A DNA stretch of 63,899 bases, filler included, from Thelocarpon superellum (lineage: Eukaryota): the NCBI GenBank assembly GCA_026025795.1. It is 7 parts of 7 records of this genome, joined end to end, with 100 filler letters (N's around TTAATTAATTAA, not from the genome) between each part and the next. Parts side by side here need not be neighbours in the genome. Positions count along the whole stretch, not along the records: positions 19,303 to 28,830 come from JAPEUG010000564.1; positions 28,931 to 38,356 come from JAPEUG010000565.1; 5 more parts are not named here. One strand, 5' to 3'. The notes beneath the pieces are model-generated. The model had not been told where the DNA came from, made no database searches, and was given only the letters and a program-made list of their open reading frames with translations. The position numbers and the translations under genes are program-made. Below, in pieces: positions 24,072-34,990 of this stretch; the stretch's first letter is position 1; every line of letters begins with the position of its first letter.

Positions 24072-24894
24072 TGCTCAGCGCCACGTGCATCTGCATCCCT
24101 TGGGACGGCCGAAGCTCGCATGGCTTCGACACGGACATGGACGTGAACATGGATCCGGGAGTATGCACCTTAACCGTGGAATGGAGTCTTGTATCACCAC
24201 TCTCGCCCCCGCGTTACTCATCGTGTCGGCTCGCCTATGGGTTTCCACCCCTTTCCCCCTCATGCCTCTTATCAACGTTCCTCATCATAGCACATCGTCG
24301 CTTGCCTCGTTGATTCGCGGGGCCATGACCAGAGACACGATGTCGTCTCATGTGAAGCTCCGATGCTCACGAGACCTGAACCGGACATGACTTGGGCGGC
24401 CGCAGGCCACTCCACTCCTGTCCCCCGTGCCGACTCTTGTACTTCGTGTAGTCTTTTCATTCGCGCAGCCTGCTCGTAGATCTGAATGGTTGTAGAGGTG
24501 CTCTCAGCTCGAGTACGCCCTGTGTCTTCCGTCAATTGACGAATGATGCTAGTGGTGGTAGGGCCGAGTTTCTGGGGCCAGGACTACATCCGTCGGCGAC
24601 GGCCAATGGCGGGAGCGAAGGCAATCGCTTAATCCTCGCGCTGGGAGTGATCGGCCGCGAGACCACCGCGGCCGATAGAAGATAGGATACGGGATCCGTT
24701 CGACGGACAATGTGGCGCTCAACATGTCCGGCGTCCAGCATGTCAATCAGCATGGGCACGTGAGCACCATTGACGGACCACCGCGACACGACAGATGATG
24801 CCGCCATTGGGAAGCTCTTACGCCCTCAACGAGTTTCGCTGCCCGCGTGCCGCCCTTGGCTGGGCCCAACGGACGACAGCACTTGCTCGGCCGA

Positions 24895-27323
24895 ATGAGC
24901 CTCCCCGCAACTCTCAGTCATGCCCATGTTCCTCGGGCCTTGTCGGCGGCGCCCACCATGGCTGCCGCCACGTCGGTTCGTCCCCATTGCTTGGCATCTG
25001 ACGCGCAGGGAGCTGCGTTGGCTGACCCCACTTTCCGTAGCACTGCACCCCGTTTGCCCTTCCCTCCAGCGGGAACATCGTCCTCGATGCCACCTCGACC
25101 CTCTCGCTGACCGTGAACGCCGTCTTCCAACCGCGATGTACCACGCCGCCGGGCGACTGGCCCAATTCCAACGACCCGACTGGCACCAGCCCCGCAAACA
25201 CCAACGACCTTCGCGACCCTTTCTTCGCCTCCGTCTTTGTCCAGACCTACGCCCTCGCGCTGGCCACCATGCTGAGCTACATGCTCATCATCATGTTAAT
25301 GATCACCCCACGCACGTCCCACATCGCCGGCCTGCCCGGCGGGCGCCGATTGATTGGATCGGCCAACTCCATCGTCGGCGTTGGCTCGCGTCCGTGGCTG
25401 CAGAAGATCGCGGCCTTGACCGTGACCGTGTCGTTGACGATCGCCTCGGCCGATAGCTTCAGAGTGGCCGCGGAACAGTATGCCGTCGGACATATGTCGG
25501 CCCAGCAGATGCGTGACCAGGTGGCCGGCGGTATCCTGATCAAGTCCATTCGCGTCGTGTCCGACGCCTTCCTGTGGTCGGCCCAGGTACAGACGCTGAT
25601 CCGGCTCTTTCCCCGGCAGAAGGAGAAGATCATCATCAAATGGGTAGGCATCGTCATGATCATCTTCGACACCGTCTTCAGCATCCTGAACAGCTTCGTC
25701 TTCGTGAGCACCGACTCCCGCGCCTACAGCAGCGCCATTCCGGCCATCACGTATCTCTTCGAAGTTGCTCTCAGCTTTCTCTACGCATCTTGGGTCGTCT
25801 ATTACTCCTTCTCGAAGCGTCAATTTGCCTTTTACCATGCCAAGATGCCCAACATCTGCATCGTCGCCACCCTATCGCTGATCGCCGTGCTCGTGCCCAT
25901 CGTCTTCTTTGTCTTGGACATCTCCAACCCCAATCTCGCCGGGTGGGGTGACTACGTGCGGTGGGTGGGTGCCGCGGCGGCCAGCGTCGTCGTCTGGGAG
26001 TGGGTGGAGCGGATCGAGGCTCTGGAGCGCGACGAGCGCAAAGATGGTATCTTGGGCCGCGAGATCTACGACGGTGACGAGATGCTGGACATCACCCCGT
26101 CGGAAGAGATTACCTGGAGCCGTCGTCATCCCCACGATTCCCCAACCCGCCGCAACGGTAGGGGAGGCGGGGAAGCTGGCCCGGGGGGTCGTGGAATCTC
26201 CCGTCTCCCAGTGACGAGCGTCCCATGGGCTCGAACCACACAAGCGACGCCCGAGGGATCGCGCCCGGCAGGTATGACGCCGGGCGCCCTCGGTCACAGC
26301 GATGCCCCTCGACACCGCGTCTCGGTGCATGGTCCGTCGGAGACACCATACGTCATGAGTGGCGCGCAGCTTGCGCCCTTTCCCATTCCACCTCCGCCCG
26401 CGGCGTCAGCCTCGCCCATCAGCCGGTCGGACACCACCAGCGCCAGTACAGTATACGCCGTCCACCATTACCCGATCCGAAACATGACACCGTCCTACGC
26501 GGACCACGGATCGAATCGGGACTCCATCTCTTCTCAGCGTCCCGACGCGCTCGTCGAGACCATCGTTGCAGATCCGGACCTGATCTCTCCGGTAGCTCCC
26601 GACGCCTCTGTCCATGACATCTTGGCCTTGAATCGCGTCGCGATGGATGGGGTCATGTTGACACATGACGATACCATCCTTGGCTACGCAAGTAGGCTCG
26701 GGACGACTACACTCTCAGCTCCTCACGAGGGTCGATCATCTCCTTCCATCAATCCATTCGCCATGCACCCATCCTCAACGTCCAAATCTCCCCGAACTTT
26801 AACATCCAAGCTCACCAATTTTCTCAGCGCGCGGGGCGAACATCTCCGCGCCAGAGCTAGTGGAGCTCCAAGACAAGACACCCCGCTCCGCGTCACCGTC
26901 ATACCGGCCCCAGCACGGGATCGCACGGGGCCCGTCTCTCCTGAAGCATTGCCTCCCTCCACCGACCGCAGAGCGCTCTCTTTATCGGCTTATAACGAGG
27001 CTCTCGAACTCAAACAGAAAGGGAATAGCCCCGTGAACTGGAAGAATAGTCAATCGCCGGACGACCGACCCCCAATGAACCCGACGCCCGATTCGACACC
27101 CGGTTCAACGCCTCCTCCTCCTCCTCCTCCTCCTCCTCCTCCTCCTCCTCCACCACCTCCTCCTCCTCCTTCTCCTCCGGCCACCACCACCTTGCCGAAC
27201 CAACCACAAACCCAGTACCAAACCCCCCCGCCCCGCCGCGACTCGAATCCCAACTTCACGACCGTGCATCAACGCGGCAGTCTGGTGATTGAAGAGATCC
27301 GACCCGACCGGGTCTTGTATTAG
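24895..27323 (+). CDS. palH: pH-sensing 7-TM receptor PalH/Rim21 (2 exons)
   Basis: Exon 1 is 24895-24975, intron 24976-25040 (GTTCGT...GCTGAC...CGTAG), exon 2 is 25041-27323. Motifs: CTPFALPS, DLRDPFFAS, GSRPWLQK, FLWSAQVQTLIRLFPRQKEK, WGDYVRWVGAAAASVVVWEWVERIE, ILGREIYDGDEM. Confidence 0.92.
27111..27179 (+). repeat. (CCT)n trinucleotide repeat encoding poly-proline in the PalH tail
   Basis: About 20 consecutive Pro codons, mostly CCT. Confidence 0.9.
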
Positions 27324-28074
27324 GTGTCTCTCATGTTTGCGTGCACGGCGTACCAGGCCATTCATCGGAACCACAGGGGACTCATCATCATTATCTTGGG
27401 GTTGCGGGCTAGGAGATGGGAAGGGGGTGAGAGATACATCACAGGACCAGAAGAGGAATGGGCAGGGGAGCAGAAGGAAAATTTTGGGCGGGGAAAAGTG
27501 TATTTGATCCATCCGAAAATCAAGAGTTGTTGTACATGGAATGAAGCACGTTATTGATGGCGAGGGTAAGAGTGAGGGTGTATGAGTGTTATATGAGTGG
27601 TGTATGGTCCTTTTTCATGATATCCCTGTCACCCCCCTTATTCCCGTCCACGCCCTATATCCTATATCCTGTCCTGGATCCGTCCTGGACTGAACCGTGC
27701 TATTATACATGATGGTATCTCAAAGACGTACGATGAGTTGAGTTGTTTGTAAGAGATGAGAGGTAGACGAAGGTGTATCAAGTGAAAAGCGAGAGAGGAG
27801 AGAGACGGGAGAGACGAGGGGAGTGGGAGTACAAAAGAGTGAGAGTTGAGATGCAATTTTTTTCCTTCTTTCCTTCCCTCACTCGCTCCATCCAAATGAA
27901 CTCCTTCCTGGCAGACGAAAAGAGAATGAAACCCCTGCCCACTGCGCCGGCCAGAACTCAAGGCCTGCCGAGCCACAGCAACAGAGGCATAGGCAGAAGG
28001 TGCAAAAAAGAGGAAACCAACGCGCCTTACGGGGCATTTTGGTCCCAGGCAATGCAAACTGACGGAAGATACAC

Positions 28075-28830
28075 CTACAACTCCAAACGATCCATGGACC
28101 AAATCTCAACATGTTGGACAGCCTCACGACCGACCCAGCGCAAAACGGGCAGAGAGAGCTGCGGCTGGGCTTCGGCAGGGAGAGCATCGAAAGAGACGGC
28201 GACAGGGGCACTGTGGGGCACGGGTCCGCTGATGTGCATGACGCGGTCCCCGATGCCGATCCAGCGCAGCGAGTGGTAGTCCATACGTTGAAAGTCGCAG
28301 CCCATCTCCTGTATCTTCGCCGGGTCGGCGAGGACTTCGATGATGGAACGGAAGCGAGACTGAGTCGGTGACGGGTCAAGAATGCGAATGGCGATTAATT
28401 TGGGGAGGAAGGGGAGGAGGAGACCCAGGACCTCAAGAGTTGTCTCGTCCATGGCGAGTCCCAGTTGTTCGAGGTTGGGACAGCCGCGCACGAGGCGTGC
28501 GAGCTCTTCAGAGGGAAGCAGCCACTGGTCGGGGAGCAGCAGCCGCTTGAGGCTTGGCCCGTGTTTGCTGATGATCATGTCGATATAGGCGCGTGCCAGG
28601 CCGGAGATGGGCTTCTTGTGTTTGAAGTTGAAGGGCTCCCGTGAGGCCGCGTCCCGAGAGGCGGAGGCGTGGTCCGAGCCCGGCGTGCTCTTGGAGCAGG
28701 GCGAGTCGAGCGAGTCCGGCGTGCCGTCGGCAGCCGGGACGTTACCGTGCGGCCGGCTGCTGAGAAGGAAGAGCTCTTCGATGCCGTGGGCGCGCGAGAG
28801 CATGTCAACATGGGCCTGCCAGATCTTATC
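28075..28830 (-). CDS. C-terminal part of a hypothetical LRR/RNI-like (possibly F-box) protein; 5' end cut
   Basis: Open frame from the linker to the stop at 28075. LRR-like segments: GIEELFL, SLKRLLLPDQW, LVRGCPNLEQLGL, FLPKLIAIRIL, SLRWIGIG. Confidence 0.6.
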   Translation of the reverse strand, partial: DKIWQAHVDMLSRAHGIEELFLLSSRPHGNVPAADGTPDSLDSPCSKSTPGSDHASASRDAASREPFNFKHKKPISGLARAYIDMIISKHGPSLKRLLLPDQWLLPSEELARLVRGCPNLEQLGLAMDETTLEVLGLLLPFLPKLIAIRILDPSPTQSRFRSIIEVLADPAKIQEMGCDFQRMDYHSLRWIGIGDRVMHISGPVPHSAPVAVSFDALPAEAQPQLSLPVLRWVGREAVQHVEIWSMDRLEL

Positions 28831-28930
28831 NNNNNNNNNNNNNNNNNNNNNNNNNNNNNNNNNNNNNNNNNNNNTTAATTAATTAANNNNNNNNNNNNNN
28901 NNNNNNNNNNNNNNNNNNNNNNNNNNNNNN
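28831..28930. other. Artificial contig linker
   Basis: Same spacer. Confidence 0.98.
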
Positions 28931-29106
28931 CGTTGCGACGCGAGAAGACGACGTCGTGTAATGGCGGACACACGTGCCGGGAGCACCTCACGTACAATGG
29001 CGTTATCCTTCGGTTGACGAAACGAGAAGCGCGCCAATATACCATCACTCAGGAGCGACCCCAGCACCCACCACCCGACGACGGGGGACCTTCAGCCCAT
29101 AGATGG

Positions 29107-29907
29107 ATGGAGTCCGCGAGCTTCAGGTCGAGGCCCAACGGTGACCTGTCGGTGGTGTCGGACGGGGCGCCGAGTCCGACGTCGCCATCGACCCCCATCT
29201 CGCCGCCGTACTGGACGCATCAGCGATCGGGGTCCAGCGCGTCGGTGCAGAGCGTCGTGCCGGCCGCCATCACGCTCGAGGACCACACGGAGGAACCGTC
29301 GGAGCAGAGCAGTGCGCTCTGGGCCAAGAAAGTCTCCATCGATGACTACGTCGTGGTGTCGGGGAGCCGGACGGGCGTCGGGGCCTACGTGGTGTACCAG
29401 TGTCGGGTCGAGACGCTCGAGGTGGGCTAGGCCGCGTGGAGACGTGAATTGGACGTCGTGGTGGTGGTGGCGGTGGTGGCTAATGTGGACGGATAGGGTG
29501 GCGCCATGACCATTCGAAAGAGGTGAGCGGAGGAGTGACTATGGGGCGGTGCATCCATGGTCCCGGCTCACACGTTGGCAGATACTCCGAGTTCGACGAG
29601 CTGCGGAGAAGGTTGCTCCAGACCTTTCCGCACGCCAAGGCCGCGATGCCCGACTTACCGCCCAAGAGTGCTTTCTGTGGGTGGGGGCATCCGCGGGCGA
29701 AGGACGGGAGCTGATGGAGGGGGCACAGGGCGGACACAGTCTAAATTTCTCGAGAATCGACGGGTCGGGCTCTCATACTTTCTCAAGTGGGTGTCCGCCA
29801 CCGCGAGCATCACGATGCGCCCAGCTGATCGAGCGTGCGATAGCTGCATCATGCTGAACCCAGAGTTCTCGGGCGCGCCGATCCTCAAGGAGTTTCTCTT
29901 TGCGTGA
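29107..29907 (+). CDS. YPT35: PX-domain protein Ypt35 (5 exons)
   Basis: Four introns (e.g. 29422-29496, 29523-29581) give ITLEDHTEE...LWAKKVSIDDYVVVSG...GAYVVYQCRVETLE|GGAMTIRKR|YSEFDELRRRL...FP...MPDLPPKS...KFLENRRVGLSYFL|NCIMLNPEFSGAPILKEFLFA. Confidence 0.88.
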
Positions 29908-30012
29908 GGGATGGCGAGGAGGGGGGAGGGGGGAGGGGAGAGGGGGGAAAGAAGATAGATGTACATGGCTACGGGAGAACATCGTCCTGATACGGTGGGA
30001 CAAGCCCGGTGC

Positions 30013-32959
30013 TCAGAAGCCGCGTCCGACCCGCGGCGTCATGGGCCGCCGCACGGCGCCCTGGGTGGCGATGCGCTTGACGGCCGAGGACAACGGTCGG
30101 CCCGGGGCGGGGCGCGAGGCGACGGGCGCGTCCTGAGCGAGCCGATCCACCTCGCGCTGCTTGTCGTCGGCCATCTGCGTCTCAATCTCCATCTTCCGGT
30201 TGAACTCGCGTTCCGTCACCCGCTTCTCCCGTGCCGAGTAGCCCTTCTCCTTGACCGAGTAAAAGACGCCGCCGAGTTCCGCCAGCCACTGGACGAGGGT
30301 CAGCGCGAGGCGCGCCGTCGATCACGGGAGAGCGCGAAGGGGGACGACTCACATGGGGATCGACCGACGTGACGGTCGACATGTACTCCTTGGAGGTGAG
30401 GATCAGCTCGTGGTAGACGACGTAGTCCGGCAGGTAGCCGAGGCCGTAGAGGGCGCTGGTGGGGTGCAGCTGCACGGTGACGCTGGTGCGCAGGTTGATG
30501 TACTCGCCGATGCCCTTGACCTTGGCGGCCTGGTGGTAGTAGCCGGAGCAGATGCACTTGCGGATGACGTCCCAGTCGGTGCCGCAGCTGGTGAGCGACA
30601 TGCGCTGCATGGTCATGATGTCGTGCAGCTGCTGGCGGATCTCCTTGGCCCGGCGCAGGGCCTTGGGGTGGAGGAAGTGGCGGATGCACCACGCGTCCGA
30701 GTGGCCGTGCGAGCGCCACTGCGAGTAGACGTGCAGCAGGGTGAGGTGGTCCGACTCGGGGACGAAGAACTTCTCGCGCGCCGCGTCCGACTCCTCCTGC
30801 CGCTCCTTGGGCCGGGAGAAGATGGTGGGGACGGAGAGCATGGAGACGATGGTGAGCATCTCCTCGGTGCAGCCGTAGTCCGCCGAGGTGAGGATGAGCT
30901 TGGCCAGCGACGGGTCCATGGGAAAGGCCGTCATGCGCCGGCCCATGGGCGTCAGGTCGCCCACGTGGTCGAGGGCGCCGAGCGCCCAGAGGTCGAAGAG
31001 CGAGGTGGTGATGGTGTCTTGCGGCGGGGGGTCCATGAAGTCAAAGTCCAAGAGGTCCTTGACCCCCAGCGACTTCAGCAGGAGCACCGTGTTGCTCAGG
31101 TTGGTGCGCTGGATCTCGGGGATCGTCTGGAGGTAGAGCTCGTTCTTGAAGGCGAGCTCGGTGAAGAGGTGGTACGCCTTGCCGGGGCCGGTGCGGCCGG
31201 CGCGGCCGGCGCGCTGCGAGCCGTTGGCCTGCGAGATGGGCGTGATCTGCAGCGTGTCCATGCCCATGCGCGCGTTGTACACCTTGAGCTTGGAGTAGCC
31301 GGCGTCGACGACGTACATGATCCCGTCCACCGTCAGGCTGGTCTCGGCGATGTTGGTGGCGACGATGACCTTGCGCACGCCGGGCGCGGCCTTGTCGAAG
31401 ATCTTGGCCTGCAGGTCGGCCGGCATCTGGCTGTAGATGGGCAGGATGCTCAGCTTCGGCGGGTCGTTGAGCATCTTGAGCCGCTCCGCCACCAGCTCGC
31501 ACGTGGCCTCGATGTCTTCCTGGCCCGTCATGAAGACGAGGACGTCGCCGGGCCCCTGCGACACGTGGATGGCCAGCACCTGCTTGACGGCGCTGTCGAC
31601 GTAATCGTCGCAGGGCGAGCGCGAGAACTGCACGTCGACGGGAAAGGTGCGGCCGGGGATGAAGAACTCGGGCGCGCCGCCGTAGAAGCGCGAGAAGCGC
31701 TCCGAGTTCATCGTGGCCGAGGTGACGATGAGCTTGAGGTCGCGCCGGCGCGCGAGGATCTTCTTGATGAGCCCCATGAGCACGTCGGTGTTGAGCGCGC
31801 GCTCGTGCGCCTCGTCCATGATGATGCACGAGTAGCGGTCGAGGTCGGCTTCCACCAGCGACTCGCGCAGCAAGACGCCGTCTGTCATGTACTTGATGCC
31901 CGTCGCCGCGCTGGTGCAGTCCTCGAAGCGGATGGCGTAGCCCACGAGCCCGCCGAGGGGCACCTCCATCTCTTCGCTGACGCGTTTGGCGACGCTCATG
32001 GCCGCCACGCGCCGCGGCTGCGTGCACCCGATCATGCCCCGCCGGGCGTAGCCATCCTCGTACAGGAATTGCGTCAGCTGCGTCGTCTTGCCCGAGCCCG
32101 TCTCGCCGACGACGATGACGACCTGGTGGTCGCGGATGACGCGCAGGAGCTCCTCGCGCACGGCAAAGGCCGGGAGGTACTCGCGCTGCTCGCGCAACGT
32201 CTTGCTGCGGCTGAAGTTGCTCTGCCCGTCGTTCGCCTTGAGGTGGTCGGCGAACTTGCTGCCCCCCGCGGCACCCGCCTCGCCCGGGGCGGCCGCGGCG
32301 CTGTCGCCCTCGTCGTCCTTGACGCCCATGATGTTGCCGAGGGCGGTGCCGGTCATGTTGGTGGCGGCCTGGGCCTGCTTCTGTCGCTCTTTTTGCTGCC
32401 GGCGCTCTTTGACCACGCGGCTCCCCTTCCGGCTGAAGACGGCCATGTCGCTCTGCGGGTCGCGGATGGCCGAGATGGGCTCGAGCTGCTTGGTGAAGAC
32501 GGTGCGGCCGTCGAGGAAGGGCGGCTTCAGCTCGTGCACCAGGAGATGGACGCGCGTGGCCTCGTCGTCGTCGAGCAGGTCGCCGCCGTCGTAGTCCCGC
32601 CGTTGGGCCACGCCCGACCCCAGCATGCGGTTCGTCTCCCACGCGTCCACGTCCCGTTGCTTCTGCGCGGCGCGGGCCGTCATGCGGGTCTGCTGCTTCT
32701 TCTCCGTGAGGCTGGCTTCCCGCTGCTGGTCCGCCCAGGAATGGTCGGCGGTGCCAAAGGGGTTGTGGGACTCATCGCCAAACGTGTGGCCAAACTCGTC
32801 CCCCAGGTACCAGTCGCGGTCGAGGGCGTCTTGTATTTCCGTCGACACCTCCGCCGCCGGCGTGTCGCGGCGCCGCTTGGCCGGCACGACTGGTGTCGAG
32901 GCCGGCCGCTTGGTGCCATGAGGGGCGATGCGCAAGGGGGGTCCCAAGGACGAGTCCAT
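30013..32959 (-). CDS. PRP16: DEAH-box spliceosomal RNA helicase Prp16/DHX38 (2 exons)
   Basis: Motifs [51 protein letters not shown], plus Prp16-specific [20 protein letters not shown] and [14 protein letters not shown]. Intron 30352-30289 joins [16 protein letters not shown]. The ATG at 32959 is the likely start. Confidence 0.95.
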
Positions 32960-33222
32960 GTCCAACGGCGACCAGATCACCACCAGTCGATCACCACCAG
33001 TCGAGGGCGAGGAGGAAGGTAGAGGCCGCGGGGTGCCGAGTGTGGCGTAGCGCGTGGGCGGGACGGCGGCAGTTGCCGCGAAAAAGTTCACCGCCGGACT
33101 GGCGATTGACGCAATGCGTGGTGGGGGGGTGCGAGGCACTCGTCGCACTCATCCAAGTCGTCCAGCTCGTCGAGCACCGACGCGGCAAAGGAGGCTCCCG
33201 GTGCTTCGCGGTGAGGCCCAGG

Positions 33223-34990
33223 ATGTCGATGATCACGGCGACGACGTGGGTGCCGCGGGGCTTTGCCGCCCCCTTCCCCACCCGCTATGAATTCGACGAG
33301 GCCGAGTTCGAGCGGATCACGAGCCTGGCCAAATTGCATCTCGAGGACGCCCAAGATGAATTGGCCGACGCTCAACAGGATGCGGACGAGGGCACGGCAA
33401 CAGAGACGACCAAGAAGGCGAGGTCGAATAATTCCACCGAGTAAGTCTCGCGAGACGCCACCCCACGCACGCTGACCCTTGCACGGCCCAGGGAAGTCGA
33501 CGATGACCTCAAGGAATATGACCTCGAGCATTACGATGAGGACGACGCGGCCGAGGGGCCCGGCGTGGGCATGGCCATGTTTGGCAACGTCAAAGCGCTG
33601 GCCTATCACGACGCGAATAGCGACGACCCGTACATCACCCTGCAAGAGGTGAGCACTCGCGGTCAAGGCACGGGCCGGAGACTGACGGGGCGCAGCATGA
33701 CGAGGAGGACGAAGACCGAGAAGAACTACAGATCCTGGCCACCGACAACCTGGTGCTGGCGGCCAAGGTCGAGGACGAGGTAGCGCATCTTGAGGTGCTG
33801 GTGTACGAGGACGAGGCGGACAATCTTTACGTGCACCACGACGTGATGCTGCCGGCCATCCCCTTGTGCGTCGAGTGGCTCGACTTCCCCGTGGCGCGAG
33901 AGGCCGACAAGGACGCGCGAGGGAGCTTCGTGGCCGTCGGGACGTTTGACCCCGACATTGAGATCTGGGACCTGGACATCATCGATTGCATGTTACCCAA
34001 CGCCATCCTGGGCCAAGGGGGCGACGCCGAGAAATCGGCAAGGGGGGAGAAGAAGAAGAAGAAGAAGCGAAAGAAGCAAAAGGCCAACGACAAGTATCAT
34101 GTGGACGCCGTGCTCGCGCTGGCCGCCAACCGGGACCACCGCAACCTGCTCGCCTCCTCCTCGGCCGATAAGACGATCAAGCTGTGGGACCTCAATACGA
34201 CGACGTGCGCCAAGTCCTACGGCTATCACACCGACAAGGTGTGTGCGTTGGCATGGCATCCCACGACATCCACCGTCCTGCTCAGCGGTAGCTACGACCG
34301 GACCGTGGTGGCGGCCGACATGCGCACGCCCGACGCCAAGGTGCCGCGGTGGGAAGTGGGGAGCGACGTGGAGAGCGTCCGATGGGACCCGCATGACCCC
34401 AACCTCTTCTACGTAGGGGACCCCACAGACCCTCGAGCGAGACGGCCAAGCTGACGGGGAACCAGATCGCGACGGAAGGTGGCGTGCTGTATCATCATGA
34501 TGTGCGTCGCGCCCCAGCGACGCCGGCGAGTGTCAAACCCATCTGGACGCTGCAAGCGCACGATGAATCCATCTCGTCCTTTGACGTCAACCCCATCATC
34601 CCAGGCTTCCTGGCCACCGGATCAACGGACAAAGAGGTGAAGCTCTGGAACGTGCAAGCCAGCGGACCGAGCATGGTCGTGTCGCGAAACCTCGGCGTCG
34701 GCAAGGTCTTCGCGACAAACTTTGCACCCGATCAAGAGGTCGGCTTCCGATTAGCTGTGGCCGGCAGCAAAGGCTCGGTACAGATCTGGGACACGTCGAC
34801 CAATGCCGCCATTCGCCGCATCTTCGCGCATCGCGTCGCGCCCGCAGAGGGTGAGGTGAGCGAACGCTTGGTGGGCGTGCAGGAAGATACGAGTGAGTCC
34901 GATGATGAGGACGAGGACGCGGACGCGGAGGACGAGAAGCAAGGGGGAGGAGACGGGGCAGAAGGGTGGGAGTCGATGGATGAGGATTAG
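33223..34990 (+). CDS. PWP1: Periodic tryptophan protein 1 (WD40, ribosome biogenesis), 4 exons
   Basis: MSMITATTWVPRGFAAPFP start; DDDLKEYDLEHYD; DDPYITL; DNLVLAAKVEDEVAHLEVLVYE; NLYVHHDVMLPAIPLCVEWLD; WD repeats. Introns at 33441-33491, 33649-33695 and 34413-34465. Confidence 0.93.

Noticed and set aside
30353..33022. 889-aa plus-strand ORF and 533-aa alternative-frame ORF (31041..32642)
   Set aside because: Shadow ORFs of the very GC3-rich PRP16 gene, with no motifs of their own.
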